A stretch of DNA of 64,000 nucleotides from Desulfomonilia bacterium (GTDB lineage: Bacteria; Desulfobacterota; Desulfomonilia; UBA1062): NCBI GenBank assembly GCA_963664325.2, contig CAXXDQ010000004.1, forward strand, positions 608,001 to 672,000, read 5' to 3'. The position numbers and the translations under genes are program-made. The notes beneath the pieces are model-generated. The model saw only the letters and a list, made by a program, of their open reading frames with translations, did no database searches and was not told the DNA's origin. Shown in pieces: positions 63,621 to 64,000 of the stretch. Every line of letters begins with the position of its first letter. The first letter of the stretch is position 1.

Positions 63621-64000
63621 CCCTTTATTATGTCATTAAGAAAAATATCAATAGAATCTGTTGATGGGGGAGTTTATGGCGAACCGAGATATAAACGGTA
63701 AACTGAAGCTCGGCACCAAGATCGGCTATGGCATGGGTGACATATTCGGCGGCGGGTCTATTACCGTCGTAACCATGTACTACATGATATTCCTGACCGA
63801 TGTGGCCGGAATAAGCCCGTACCTGATCGCAATAATCTTCCCCGTGAACAAGATATGGAGCGCCATAGCCGACCCTCTCATAGGCATCATATCCGACCGT
63901 ACGCGCACTGGCATGGGCAGGCGCAGGCCGTTCTTCCTGGCCGGCATATTCATGATAATCCTGTCTTTCTTCATCATGTGGTTCCCTGTCAGGACTGAAA
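63621..64000 (+). repeat. Direct repeat copy B
   Basis: Matches 59351-59730; runs off the window end. Confidence 0.95.
63676..64000 (+). CDS. GPH-family transporter paralog, 3'-truncated by the window edge
   Basis: MANRDINGKLKLGTKIGYGMGDIFGGG..., nearly identical to the 59406 gene. Confidence 0.9.
   Translation, partial: MANRDINGKLKLGTKIGYGMGDIFGGGSITVVTMYYMIFLTDVAGISPYLIAIIFPVNKIWSAIADPLIGIISDRTRTGMGRRRPFFLAGIFMIILSFFIMWFPVRTE

Overview
Gene-dense 64 kb bacterial window; gene content and style suggest an anaerobic deltaproteobacterium (Desulfobacterota-like), which is an inference. Housekeeping genes (gcvPB, ECF sigma/anti-sigma, acyl-CoA dehydrogenase, panB, panC, fhs, cstA, metX, metW, cysE, NifU-like) alternate with accessory catabolic modules. 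These are: a sugar-acid divergon; three exported phosphoesterases; a ROK-controlled aminotransferase/dehydrogenase/lactonase/GH1/MFS operon; a FadR-glpD-AGPS-like-DUF362-FGGY kinase-GPH operon (candidate O2-independent ether-lipid/alkylglycerol pathway); and four GPH transporter genes. Signals absent from the ORF track: (1) a selenocysteine BCP peroxiredoxin with in-frame UGA and a SECIS hairpin; (2) two attC sites delimiting two integron cassettes, with no integrase in the window; (3) sigma28-type promoters in front of non-flagellar lipoprotein genes; (4) a family of octamer-periodic palindromic intergenic repeats; (5) several pseudogenes and duplications. No rRNA, tRNA, CRISPR array or transposase was recognised. 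All calls come from reading the sequence by eye; no searches were run.
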